Assembly: GCA_964398825.1 (NCBI GenBank)
Contig: CAYNOL010000003.1
Coordinates: 1-58,350, forward strand
DNA from: an uncultured Ardenticatenaceae bacterium
GTDB lineage: Bacteria > Chloroflexota > Anaerolineae > Promineifilales > Promineifilaceae
DNA: 58,350 bases
Reading direction: 5' to 3'
Both the position numbers and the translations under genes were made by a program. Each line of letters begins with the position of its first letter. Position 1 is the stretch's first letter. Shown here piece after piece: positions 20,489-30,119 of this stretch. Under the pieces are notes generated by a model. That model did not search any database and was not told the DNA's origin. It saw only the letters and a list, made by a program, of their open reading frames with translations.

Positions 20489-22136
20489 GGATCACCTCCT
20501 TCATCACTTCGCTGATATGGCCGACGCCGTTGGTCTTGTGCGCGATGCTGTCCGTGTACTCCTCGCGGAAGTAGCGCAGCGTGCTCATCACCGGGTTCGG
20601 CGCCGTCTGACCCAGGCCGCACAGGCTGGTGGTGCGAACCATGTCGCACAACCTCTCCAGCAGGGCCAGGTCCTCGGCCGTGCCCTTGCCCTCGCTGAAC
20701 TTGTCGAGAATGTTGTACATGTGGACCGTGCCGACGCGACAGGGAACGCAGCGGCCGCACGACTCCGTCATGCAGAACTCCATAAAGTAGCGGGCCACGT
20801 CCACCATGCTCGCCGTCTGATCCATCACGATCATGCCGCCGGAGCCCATGATCGAGCCGAGCGCAGCCAACGATTCATAATCCACGGGGGTGTCGAGATA
20901 CTCGGCCGGAATGCAGCCGCCCGACGGGCCGCCGGTCTGTATGGCTTTGCACTTGCCGCCCCCCGACACGCCGCCGCCGATCTCATAGACGATCTCGCGC
21001 AGCGTCGTGCCCATCGGCACTTCGATCAGGCCGGTGTTGTTAATGCTGCCGGCCAGAGCGAAAACTTTTGTTCCCTTGCTGCTGCCCTTGCCGATGCTGT
21101 TATACCAGACGCCGCCGTTGCGCAGAATGGGGGCGACGTTGGCGAAGGTCTCGACGTTGTTGATGAGTGTCGGCCGCCCCCACAGACCGTACTCCGCCGG
21201 ATAGGGCGGACGGGGGCGGGGTTGGCCGCGCTTGCCTTCGATTGAGGCGATGAGCGCCGTCTCCTCGCCGCAGACGAAGGCGCCCGCGCCGAGGCGGATC
21301 TCCACGTGGAAATTAAACTGCGTGCCACCGATGCCGCTGCCCAACAGGTTGGCCCGCCGCGCCTGGCGAATAGCCAACTTCAGCCGGGCTACGGCCAGCG
21401 GGTACTCGCCGCGCACGTAAACGTAGCCTTGGCTGGCGCCGATGGCGTAGCCGGCGATGGCCATGCCCTCTAAAATGCGGTGGGGGTCGCTCTCCAGAAC
21501 GCTGCGATCCATGAACGCGCCGGGGTCGCCTTCGTCGGCGTTACAGATGACATACTTCACTTCGCCGTCGGATTTGGCGACAGTCGTCCATTTCAGGCCG
21601 GTGGGGTAGCCTCCACCGCCACGGCCGCGCAGGCCGCTGGCGACGATCTCGTCGATCACCTCCGAGGGGGTCATCTCGGTGATCGCCTTCAACAAGCCGG
21701 TGTAGCCGTCGCGGGCGATGTACTCCTCGATGCGCTCGGGGTCGATGAGGCCGCTGTTCTCCAGCGCGACTTTGTACTGCCGCTGGAAGAAGGGAATGCT
21801 GAGCGGGATGCGCAGCCGCTCGACGGGCGCACTGTCCAGCGAAGCCACGATATCGCCGACATCGGCGGGCGTCACTTGCTGGTACATCGTCTCGCCCGGC
21901 TTCTCGGCGTCGACGTGGACCAACGGGCCGGCGGCGCACAGGCCCATGCAGCCCGTGCCGCGCACGCGACACCACTTCTTGTCGCCGTGCTCCTCGACGG
22001 CCTTGTCCAGCGCCTCCTTGATCGCCTCGCTGTGGGACGACATACAGCCGGCAGCCATGCAGACGCTGACGGTATGAGTGAAGTCGCCCGACAACTTCTG
22101 TTCAGTGGCGGTGATTGTTTCAAGCTTGTCGAACAT
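20472..22136 (-). CDS. hoxF: Diaphorase flavoprotein subunit (NuoF-like)
   Basis: [45 protein letters not shown]. Confidence 0.95.
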   Translation of the reverse strand: MFDKLETITATEQKLSGDFTHTVSVCMAAGCMSSHSEAIKEALDKAVEEHGDKKWCRVRGTGCMGLCAAGPLVHVDAEKPGETMYQQVTPADVGDIVASLDSAPVERLRIPLSIPFFQRQYKVALENSGLIDPERIEEYIARDGYTGLLKAITEMTPSEVIDEIVASGLRGRGGGGYPTGLKWTTVAKSDGEVKYVICNADEGDPGAFMDRSVLESDPHRILEGMAIAGYAIGASQGYVYVRGEYPLAVARLKLAIRQARRANLLGSGIGGTQFNFHVEIRLGAGAFVCGEETALIASIEGKRGQPRPRPPYPAEYGLWGRPTLINNVETFANVAPILRNGGVWYNSIGKGSSKGTKVFALAGSINNTGLIEVPMGTTLREIVYEIGGGVSGGGKCKAIQTGGPSGGCIPAEYLDTPVDYESLAALGSIMGSGGMIVMDQTASMVDVARYFMEFCMTESCGRCVPCRVGTVHMYNILDKFSEGKGTAEDLALLERLCDMVRTTSLCGLGQTAPNPVMSTLRYFREEYTDSIAHKTNGVGHISEVMKEVIHEPAF

Positions 22137-22638
22137 CTTCAGCCTCCTGGAGCACGCGCAGACGCGCTATCGCCTGGGAAACCTCGAGCTTTCCGGCGAT
22201 TTCACCATCGAACACCGCCACGGGAGCTAAGCCGCAAGAGCCGAGACAGCGCGCGCTCATCAACGACAGATTGCCGTCGGGGGTTGTCTCGCCGGGCTTG
22301 ATACCGTAAACCTTTTCAATTTCTTTGAGTAACTGGGGGATTCCTTTTATATAACAAGCCGTCCCCAAGCAGACGACGCACGTGTGGCGGCCGGCCGGCT
22401 TGAGGGTGAACAGATGATAAAATGTGGAGACGCCGTACACTTGGCTAAGGGGCGCGTTCAACGACGCGGCCACGTAGCGCAGGGAGGCGTCGTCCAGAAA
22501 GCCGAACGACTCCTGGACGGTGTGTAGCGTCTCGATGAGGCCGTCCCGCTCGAATCCGTTGCGCTGCATAGTGGCCTGGACGATCCGCCACCGCTTATCA
22601 TCTGTGGGGGGAGGTAGTTTCTCGCTTTTCGCTGTCAT
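22120..22638 (-). CDS. hoxE: Diaphorase 2Fe-2S subunit (NuoE-like)
   Basis: TFYHLF, CLGTAC, CLGSC; start MTAKS with RBS AAAGGAG. Confidence 0.93.
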   Translation of the reverse strand: MTAKSEKLPPPTDDKRWRIVQATMQRNGFERDGLIETLHTVQESFGFLDDASLRYVAASLNAPLSQVYGVSTFYHLFTLKPAGRHTCVVCLGTACYIKGIPQLLKEIEKVYGIKPGETTPDGNLSLMSARCLGSCGLAPVAVFDGEIAGKLEVSQAIARLRVLQEAEDVRQA

Positions 22639-22828
22639 TGGTTCTCCTTTCCCATTGTCGGCCTTTTCGTTCGATCGGCCGTTCGCGACGCGGCCAATGA
22701 AGCCCGATTGGGGAGATAACGTGAGAGGACGCCAAACGTGGCGAGAGACGCCATGCAAGGAGCATCCGTCTCGACTGCCCGATGATCGTGCAGTCAACCA
22801 TATTGTCAGCGATTAGAGAGAATTTAAT

Positions 22829-22846
22829 TAGTGAATTTTGTCACAA
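22829..22846. promoter_or_regulatory. Rex-like (or Crp-like) operator upstream of the hox operon
   Basis: TAGTGAA-TTTT-GTCACAA versus Rex consensus TTGTGAA-N4-TTCACAA (2 mismatches). Confidence 0.6.
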
Positions 22847-22868
22847 ATACACATGACGAGTGTCATGG

Positions 22869-23663
22869 TTATTGGATTAATGTGCCGATCGGCCGCCCCG
22901 GTTCCGCCAATAATGCTTCCAAAGTCCCCTTTTCTTGGCCGGAGAAGATACGAACGCCGAGACCGGGTTGAGCGTCTACCAAGGCCAGCATCGCTTCAAC
23001 CTTCGACGCCATGCCGCCGGTGACATCCATGCCGCGCGAGCCCCCCAGCGCGGGCAGGATGTCGGGCAGCGTGTCGCGGGTGATCGTCGGCACCACTGCG
23101 CCGTCGGTACCATAGACCCCCCCCGTCTCCCCCGCCAGCAGAAACCAGTCGGGGTTGAGTCGACCGGCCAGATACTCCATGACTTCTTCGGTGGAGAGGA
23201 TCGTCCCGCCGCGCGTGGCGTCGAAGGCTACGTCCCCGTAGACGACGGGCAAGACGTTGGCCGCGAGCGCCGAGCGGACGGCGTCGACATCCATGCTGAC
23301 GATGCGGCCGTCGGCCACGCGCGCCGAGGCCGACGGCGGCAGCCCCAGCGCGGGCACGCCCGCCCGCAGCAGCGCGGCGACGACGTGGCGGTTGAGGCGC
23401 GCGGCCGCGTCTCCCACCTCGGCAAAGCCGTACCACTGCTCCGCCCCGACGACGCCCTGCCGCGTGCCGTGCTTCCGGCCGGCGTAGTGGCCGAACGAGC
23501 CGCTGCCATGCCCCAGCACAAGGCGCAGCGCGGGGTTGGCGCCATAGACCGCGGCGATCTCCCTCGCCAGCTGCTCAAGCAGATCGACTCGCAACGCTTC
23601 TTTCTCGGTCTTGTCGGTCAGCAGCGAGCCGCCGAGCTTCAGGAAAATTAGATCACTACTCAT
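22869..23663 (-). CDS. Isopentenyl phosphate kinase (amino acid kinase family)
   Basis: KLGGSLLTDK, GHGSGSFGH (IPK-type His), PVVYGDV, ILSTE, DVTGGM..K. Confidence 0.85.
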   Translation of the reverse strand: MSSDLIFLKLGGSLLTDKTEKEALRVDLLEQLAREIAAVYGANPALRLVLGHGSGSFGHYAGRKHGTRQGVVGAEQWYGFAEVGDAAARLNRHVVAALLRAGVPALGLPPSASARVADGRIVSMDVDAVRSALAANVLPVVYGDVAFDATRGGTILSTEEVMEYLAGRLNPDWFLLAGETGGVYGTDGAVVPTITRDTLPDILPALGGSRGMDVTGGMASKVEAMLALVDAQPGLGVRIFSGQEKGTLEALLAEPGRPIGTLIQ

Positions 23664-23670
23664 GCATCCC

Positions 23671-24234
23671 TCATGGCAGCTTGTGGGCCAGTCGCTGCTT
23701 AACGTAGCCGACAGCCGTCTCGGCCGAAGTGGCCAGATAGATCAAATCCATGTCGCGCGGGCGAATGTATTCAACCTGGGCATAGACGCGGATCGTCTCG
23801 CGCCACGCGGGGCCGAGCAGCACCAGCGGCCGCTCGGAGGCTTCTCCCGTCTGCATCAAGCTCCAGGCTAAGGCCACTTCCGACAGCGTGCCGATACCGC
23901 CGGGCAAGGCGATCATGCCGTCGTTGTTCGTGACCAGGTGCAACAATCTCTCTCGCAACGTGGCGTAGCGAATCTCGTCGGCCACCCACTGGTTGGGGGG
24001 TGTCGGTCGGAAGTTCTCAATGTTGGTGCAGGTGACGCCGATGATGCGGCCGCCCGCCTCGGCCGCGCCCTGGCTGACGCCGGCCATGATACCGCCATAG
24101 CCGCCCGTGGCCACGGCGAAGCCCGCCTGCGCCAACAACTCCCCCAGGTGACGCGCCTCGCGGTAGGCGTCGCTGTCCGCTTGCGGCGATGAGCTGCCGA
24201 AGACTGAAATCACCGGCTGTGTCATACTGCTCAC
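23671..24234 (-). CDS. LOG family nucleotide phosphoribohydrolase
   Basis: VFGSS, TGGYGGIM, PGGIGTLSE. Confidence 0.88.
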   Translation of the reverse strand: MSSMTQPVISVFGSSSPQADSDAYREARHLGELLAQAGFAVATGGYGGIMAGVSQGAAEAGGRIIGVTCTNIENFRPTPPNQWVADEIRYATLRERLLHLVTNNDGMIALPGGIGTLSEVALAWSLMQTGEASERPLVLLGPAWRETIRVYAQVEYIRPRDMDLIYLATSAETAVGYVKQRLAHKLP

Positions 24235-25190
24235 TCCTCTCCCGTTGTCATCATCCCGGCCAAACCCGGCACCTCGCCCACCGACTGCGCGTGGCGCACG
24301 CCATTTCGGATGGCTTCGCTAACCACCTCGACGGCCAGGATGTTGACCAGATCGAGCGGGGCGATGATCTGCTGTGTGGCCAGCGCAAAGGCGATGTCTC
24401 CGTCATGGCGCGTGTGGCTGGGGCGGACGGCGATAGCCATGCCGTTGTGTGCCTGGTGGGTCAGGCGGCTCAATTCGCTGCGCGACAGAGTTGCGTTCGT
24501 CCAGACGACGACGAGCGTCGTGTTCGTGCCCGGCGGAATGGGCGGCATCTCCACATAGCGCAGCGGATCGCGCTCAACCAGCCACCCCCCTTCCAGATGG
24601 CGGGCGCCGGCCAGCACGCGGCCGTCGGCCCCCACTACGTCACCGACGGCATTGACGACGGCCGCCCCGGCCACCACCACATCCCCATAGCGGGCCGTGG
24701 CGATACCGAAGCCCCCCTTCATCATGTGCGGAAAGCCGGCCCACTTGCCCACCAGGACGCCTGTGCCCGCGCCGACGTTGCCTTGGGCGACGCTCGTCAC
24801 TGGTTCGGCGGCCAGGCAGGCATCGTAACCGCTCTCTGAGTCGGGAGTATAGGCGCCGCCGTTGAGAAAAAAGTCATAGACAACGGCCGCGGGGACGATG
24901 GGCACAGGGCGAATGGGCGTCGGGTGACCCATGCCCCGCTCGGCCAGGTAGCGCATTACGCCGTCGGCCGCGGCCAGTCCGAACGCGCTGCCGCCGGTCA
25001 GCAGGATCGCATCAACGTCCTTCTCTTCCGGCTTGTCGGGGGCCAGCAGGGCGAACTCGCGGCTGCCGGGGGCGGGGCCGCGCGCGTCCACGCTGCCGCG
25101 CGTGCCGTCGGGGCACAGGAAAACGGTGCAGCCGGTGTGAAACTCAGGGTAGGTCACGTGACCGATGCGTATGCCTGCGAACTCATCCAT
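24231..25190 (-). CDS. DmpA/P1 (S58) family peptidase
   Basis: GIRIGH, TGCTV, GSRE, LTGGSAFGL, GNVGAGTG, NTTL, DGD. Confidence 0.9.
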   Translation of the reverse strand: MDEFAGIRIGHVTYPEFHTGCTVFLCPDGTRGSVDARGPAPGSREFALLAPDKPEEKDVDAILLTGGSAFGLAAADGVMRYLAERGMGHPTPIRPVPIVPAAVVYDFFLNGGAYTPDSESGYDACLAAEPVTSVAQGNVGAGTGVLVGKWAGFPHMMKGGFGIATARYGDVVVAGAAVVNAVGDVVGADGRVLAGARHLEGGWLVERDPLRYVEMPPIPPGTNTTLVVVWTNATLSRSELSRLTHQAHNGMAIAVRPSHTRHDGDIAFALATQQIIAPLDLVNILAVEVVSEAIRNGVRHAQSVGEVPGLAGMMTTGEE

Positions 25191-25211
25191 AAAAATCAGA
25201 TATGGGCGCTA

Positions 25212-26012
25212 TTAGGCCAGGAATGAACGAATGTGCTGGTTGACGCGCTCCGCCTGTTCGATGAAAAAAAGATGCCCGGCGTCGGCGTAGGTGATGAGTT
25301 GGGCATTGGGCAGGTGTTGGGCCAGCAGGCGGCCGTTCTCGACGGGGATGATCTGATCCGCTTCGCCGTGCATGACCAGCGTCGGCGCGGCTATCTCGGA
25401 CAGGCGCTCCACCACGTTGTGGGTCAGCACCGCCTGAATCTGTCCGGCGCGCCCCTCGGCCGTCTGCGGGTTGTCGACGGCGATGTCGGCCAGGGTTTGC
25501 GCCAGCTCGGGCCGGGTCTCCATGCTATGGGCGCTGAGGGAAAAGCGCACGCCATTGAGGAAGTCTTGCCGCTTGTCGCCGGTGGTGGTGGGGCTGAAGA
25601 CCGCGCCCAGAACCTGTTCGCCCGGCCAGACGCTCAGCTGGCCGCCGGCCGTCGTGCAGCCCAGTACCAGCCGGTTCACGCGCTGTGGATAGCGAATCGC
25701 GAGGTTGAGGGCGATCATGCCTCCCAGGCTGAAGCCAAAGACGTGGGCCGACGGGACACCCACCGCGACCAGCACGGCCTCGGCGTCATCAGCCAGGTCG
25801 GCCGTCGTGTAGCCGGGCGGCGGCACGGAAGAGCGCCCCGCGCCGCGATTGTCGAAAGTGATGACGTGATAGTCGCGAGCCAAGTCGTCCGCTTGCCAAC
25901 GGCTTTTGGCGGTGTAGTCGGTCAGCCCGGCAATGATGAGTAGAGGCGGGGCGACCGGGTCACCGGTCGTCTCGTAATAGAATCGCAGTCCACGACTGTC
26001 AAGGTAAGGCAT
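25212..26012 (-). CDS. Alpha/beta hydrolase
   Basis: FDNRGAGRS, GFSLGG nucleophile elbow, HGEAD, AGH. Confidence 0.9.
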   Translation of the reverse strand: MPYLDSRGLRFYYETTGDPVAPPLLIIAGLTDYTAKSRWQADDLARDYHVITFDNRGAGRSSVPPPGYTTADLADDAEAVLVAVGVPSAHVFGFSLGGMIALNLAIRYPQRVNRLVLGCTTAGGQLSVWPGEQVLGAVFSPTTTGDKRQDFLNGVRFSLSAHSMETRPELAQTLADIAVDNPQTAEGRAGQIQAVLTHNVVERLSEIAAPTLVMHGEADQIIPVENGRLLAQHLPNAQLITYADAGHLFFIEQAERVNQHIRSFLA

Positions 26013-26182
26013 ACTTTCCCCGAAGATGTCGACAGAACTCTAACACCGCTTTTACGCAATTCCAAGAGAAGAGGCGTATCCTTAACAGTTGCGGCCGGCG
26101 ACGGGCCCGGCAAACGGTCTGCCCGCGCATCGTAGCGCACAGAGAGATGTGCTAGAATCGACGGCCGCTTTGGAAAGATCTA

Positions 26183-27787
26183 ATGTCACGAGCGATAGTC
26201 GATATTCGAATTCTGCAGCGCGAATACTTGCTGGGAATCAGCCGCGCCATGTCGGCCGAGCTGGATTTGCACGATCTGCTGCGCCTCATTCTCAAGTCGG
26301 CCGTGGAACTCGTCTCCGGCCGGGCGGGGATCATCGCCTTGTCCGACGGCAACGATTCGCTGAGCGTGGCGGCTGTGTATGGCATCCCCCCGCATCTGGT
26401 AGACCACTTCGCGCCGCTGGTTCGCGGCATTCCCTACCGGCCCGACAAAGAGGGCGAGGCGTTCCCCGAGTTGATGAACCAGCTGAAATCAGTCGCCCGC
26501 GAAGCGGAGCTGGGGCTGACGCAAGTCATCCGCCTGCCGCTGACCATCGGCGCGCAATTCACGGGCCTTATCTACGTCTTCCAGTCGGGCAACTATTACT
26601 TCGTCGAAGACGCGCCCAATCTGCTGCGCAGTTTCGCCGAGCAGGCGGCGATCGCCGTGCGCAACGCCAAGCTGTACCAGGCTGTCAACCAGGAGAAGCA
26701 GCGGCTGGACGCCATTCTGGAGCAGAGCGCCGACGGAGTGATGATCCTCGATCAGAACATGCGCATCACGGTGTTCAACCGCTCGCTGAGTCAGATGACG
26801 GGCTGGCCGGCAGCCGAGGCAGTGGGGCGGAACCATGACGAGGTCATCCAATGGATCGCGCTGACATCGGAAGAGGATTTGCACTCGGCGCTGGAGCACG
26901 AGTGGCCGCTGCCCCACGCGGCGCACCTCTACGTCGAGGGCGAGGCGCGGCGGCACAAGGACAGCAATTGCCAGAGCGACCGCAGCACCATCAATCTGGG
27001 CATCACCTACGCGCCGCTCATGGACGCCGACGGCCGCATGGGCAGCATCATCGCCAACGTCCGCGATCTGACCCGCTACCGCGAGGAAGAGGCGCTGCAG
27101 AAGACGTTCATCTCCGTCATCAGCCACGAGTTGAAGACGCCGGTATCGATCATCAAAGGGTACGCGGGGACGCTGCGCCGCCCCGACGGGAACTGGTCGC
27201 CCGAGGTGCTGGACGAATCCCTTTCGGTCATTGAGGAAGAGGCGGACAATCTCAACGTCCTCATCGACAATCTGCTGGAAGCGTCGCGTCTTCAGTCGGG
27301 AACGTTCACGCTGGAGATCAGCGATGATGTGAACATGACCAAGCTCGTCGACTCCGTCGCCCGGCGCTTCGCGGCGCAGGCCGACGCCCACGAGATCGAG
27401 ACGGCGTTTCCCGACGACTTCCCGGCGATTATCGGCGACGAACGCCGCCTGACTCAAGTGCTGAACAATCTGGTCAGCAACGCGATCAAGTATTCACCCG
27501 ACGGCGGGAAGATCGCGATTTGGGGCGAAGTTCACCCCAAGCACATCACCATTTCGGTGTCTGACCAGGGGATCGGTATCCCGGCCCGCGATCAGAGCCG
27601 CATCTTCCAGAAGTTCTCGCGGCTCGACAACGCGCTGAGCCGCAGGACGGAAGGGACGGGACTTGGGCTATACTTGTCACGCGCCATCATCGAGGCGCAC
27701 AACGGCCGCATCTGGTTCCACAGCAACAGCGACAGCGAACCGGGCGCGCCGGGAACGACGTTTACCTTTTCTCTGCCCAGAGAGTGA
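26183..27787 (+). CDS. Cytoplasmic GAF-PAS sensor histidine kinase
   Basis: SHELKTP H-box, NLVSNAIKYS, DQGIGI, GTGLGL; no TM segments. Confidence 0.95.
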   Translation: MSRAIVDIRILQREYLLGISRAMSAELDLHDLLRLILKSAVELVSGRAGIIALSDGNDSLSVAAVYGIPPHLVDHFAPLVRGIPYRPDKEGEAFPELMNQLKSVAREAELGLTQVIRLPLTIGAQFTGLIYVFQSGNYYFVEDAPNLLRSFAEQAAIAVRNAKLYQAVNQEKQRLDAILEQSADGVMILDQNMRITVFNRSLSQMTGWPAAEAVGRNHDEVIQWIALTSEEDLHSALEHEWPLPHAAHLYVEGEARRHKDSNCQSDRSTINLGITYAPLMDADGRMGSIIANVRDLTRYREEEALQKTFISVISHELKTPVSIIKGYAGTLRRPDGNWSPEVLDESLSVIEEEADNLNVLIDNLLEASRLQSGTFTLEISDDVNMTKLVDSVARRFAAQADAHEIETAFPDDFPAIIGDERRLTQVLNNLVSNAIKYSPDGGKIAIWGEVHPKHITISVSDQGIGIPARDQSRIFQKFSRLDNALSRRTEGTGLGLYLSRAIIEAHNGRIWFHSNSDSEPGAPGTTFTFSLPRE

Positions 27788-27799
27788 TAATTGATTACA

Positions 27800-27869
27800 A
27801 GACCTGACAGGTGGGCGCGGAAATGTGTTTGGTTAAAGTAGGAATTGTCCGCGCCCACCTGTCAGGTCT
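27800..27869. repeat. AGACCTGACAGGT-type REP-like inverted repeat
   Basis: 22-bp perfect arms AGACCTGACAGGTGGGCGCGGA / TCCGCGCCCACCTGTCAGGTCT. Confidence 0.9.
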
Positions 27870-27970
27870 ACATAGTTAAAACCAAATCAATCCCCACAGG
27901 CGAACATTCGGGCCGGCGCACATTTGGGCGGCAACCGCAATGCCGTCGTGTGACTGTTTAAGGAGAAACC

Positions 27971-29326
27971 ATGCAAACCCAAATTAGCTGCCCAAATTGC
28001 GGCACGCCCTATATGGCCGACATTCACCAGATCATCGACGTCGGTCGCCAGCCGCAACTGAAGGAGATGCTGCTGTCCGGCCAACTCAACTTCGCCGTCT
28101 GCCCCAACTGCGGTGCCGGCGGCCGAATCGCCACGCCGCTGCTGTACCACGATCCCGCCCACGATCTGTTCATGGTCCACGTGCCGCAAGAGATGAATCT
28201 CGATCAGGTGCGGCGCGAAGAGCTCGTCGGCCGCATGGTGCAGCAGGTTGTGAACCAGACGCCCATGGAAAAGCGGCGGGGCTATATGCTGCAACCGCAG
28301 ACGATGCTGACGATGCAGAGCTTCCTGGAGAAGGTGTGGGGCACCGAAGGGGTGACGCCGGAGATGCTGGCCCGGCAGCAGAAGCAGGTAGAGCTGCTGC
28401 GCACGCTGGCGACGTCCTCGCCCGACGTGCAAGACTTCCTCATCAACGAGCGCAAGTCGGAGATCGACGAGACGTTCTTCGGCATCCTGCGGGCACAGAT
28501 CGATGCCACCAGCCAGATGAACGACAGCAATCTGGTGAACTCGCTGCTGAACCTGCAGGCCAGGCTGATGACCCAGACGGAAGTCGGCCGACGCCTTGAG
28601 AAGCAGCAGATCGCGCTGCACGCGCTGAATCGTGACGCGAAGAAGGCGGGCGGCCTCTCGCCCGAGCTGCTGGCCAACCACGTCATTGCCAACGCCGAAG
28701 ACGAGTCGCTGGTTCAGGCCATCGCCCTGACGGGCCAGGCGGCGCTCAACTACGAATTCTTCGCCAAGCTGACGGCCGAGGCGGAGGAGCGAGAGAAGAG
28801 CGGCGACAAGGCTGGGGCGCAAACGCTCAGCCGAGTGCGCGACCAACTGCTGGAGATGCAGCGCGAGATGCAAGAGGCCACCCGAAAGGTGTTGGGCGAA
28901 GCCCAGGCCGCGCTGGATGAGATCATGGCCGCCGATAACTTGGAAGAGGCGATCATCAATAACAGCGGCCGCATCGATGAGGCGTTCCTGCATGTGCTGG
29001 AAGCCAGGCTGGCGCACGCCGAACAGACCGGCCGCCGCGAGGAGACGGAGAAGCTTCGCCGAATCCAGGAGTTCATCCTATCACAAATGCAGGGGGACAC
29101 CCCGCCCGAGCTCCAGCTGCTGACCCAACTGGTAAGCGCGCCGAGCAAGGCAGACCGAGAGCAGCTGATGTCGGCCATGCCCGAGCTGCTGACCGAGCAA
29201 CTGGTTGAGATCATCGACTTGCTTCGCCAGCAAGCGCGCACTTCCGGCCAGGGCGACCTGGCGGGCCGGCTGGATGAGATAGACGAAGAGATCACTGCGC
29301 GAATGATGGCGGCGGGACAGAGCTAG
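27971..29326 (+). CDS. CpXC zinc-ribbon domain protein with a long helical C-terminus
   Basis: ISCPNCG...LLSGQLN...CPNCG...LLYHDP; RBS AAGGAG. Confidence 0.8.
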   Translation: MQTQISCPNCGTPYMADIHQIIDVGRQPQLKEMLLSGQLNFAVCPNCGAGGRIATPLLYHDPAHDLFMVHVPQEMNLDQVRREELVGRMVQQVVNQTPMEKRRGYMLQPQTMLTMQSFLEKVWGTEGVTPEMLARQQKQVELLRTLATSSPDVQDFLINERKSEIDETFFGILRAQIDATSQMNDSNLVNSLLNLQARLMTQTEVGRRLEKQQIALHALNRDAKKAGGLSPELLANHVIANAEDESLVQAIALTGQAALNYEFFAKLTAEAEEREKSGDKAGAQTLSRVRDQLLEMQREMQEATRKVLGEAQAALDEIMAADNLEEAIINNSGRIDEAFLHVLEARLAHAEQTGRREETEKLRRIQEFILSQMQGDTPPELQLLTQLVSAPSKADREQLMSAMPELLTEQLVEIIDLLRQQARTSGQGDLAGRLDEIDEEITARMMAAGQS

Positions 29327-29357
29327 CCCCACTTCATAACGCGATAAAGAGATAAAG

Positions 29358-29381
29358 AAAAGGCGCCTTCGGGCGCCTTTT
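29358..29381. terminator. Bidirectional terminator
   Basis: AAAAGGCGCC-TTCG-GGCGCCTTTT between convergent genes. Confidence 0.85.
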
Positions 29382-29390
29382 GATTTTTCG

Positions 29391-30035
29391 TTAAACGGGA
29401 TTGTCCAGCCTGAAGCCGTGGCCGCGCACGGTGACGATATAGTTGTGCTCGTCGAGCTCGGCCAGCCGGTCGCGCAGGCGGCGCACGAGGGCGTCAATGG
29501 CCTGCTCGGAGACACCCGCCCCGCCCGTGCCGGGCCAGACGGCTTCGATGATGTCATCGCGGCCGCAGACGGCGCCATCAGCATCGTAGAGCATCTGTAA
29601 CAGGCGGAACTGGGCCAGCGACAGAGGCGGGTCGAGCTCCCTGCCCTTGATCGAGACGGTGCGCTTGTTCTCTTCGAGGATCATTCCCGAGCCGTCGCGA
29701 CGGGGCATGTCGAAGCTGAGGGGGACGGTGGCGTCGGTGCCCACAAAGAGCAGCCGCACACACAGGGCGATCTGAATCTCGTCGCCGTCTTGCAGCGACA
29801 CGGAGCCTTTGACCTGTTGGCCGTTGAGGAAGGTGCCGTTTTTGCTGTCGAGGTCTTCGAGGATGTAGCGGCCATCCCGGTAATGGATCTTCAGGTGGTA
29901 GCGGGAGACCTGGCGCTCCGGCAGCACGATATCGGCGTCCGTCCCACGCCCAATCATCATCTCATCTTTGGCAAGCGTCCAACGTTGGCCGGAAAGTTCG
30001 CCTTCACTTACCAGCAAGACGGGTCTATCATCCAT
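29391..30035 (-). CDS. FHA domain + OmpR-type winged-helix transcriptional regulator
   Basis: IGRG...VSRYH...DLDSKNGTFLNG (FHA); AIDALVRRLRDRL...IVTVRGHGFRL (Trans_reg_C); start trimmed to MDDRP. Confidence 0.9.
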   Translation of the reverse strand: MDDRPVLLVSEGELSGQRWTLAKDEMMIGRGTDADIVLPERQVSRYHLKIHYRDGRYILEDLDSKNGTFLNGQQVKGSVSLQDGDEIQIALCVRLLFVGTDATVPLSFDMPRRDGSGMILEENKRTVSIKGRELDPPLSLAQFRLLQMLYDADGAVCGRDDIIEAVWPGTGGAGVSEQAIDALVRRLRDRLAELDEHNYIVTVRGHGFRLDNPV

Positions 30036-30119
30036 GCGTCCACTCCCTAGGATCATCGGCGGCATGTCGTATGCCACCGGGTATGACAGCCTTTCGGCCT
30101 TTGCATTATAATGGATAGT

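Noticed and set aside
26100-26130. GGCAAAC as a c-di-GMP-I riboswitch
   Set aside because: The rest of the GEMM consensus (GNRA-capped stem and second GCAAAG stem) is not present.
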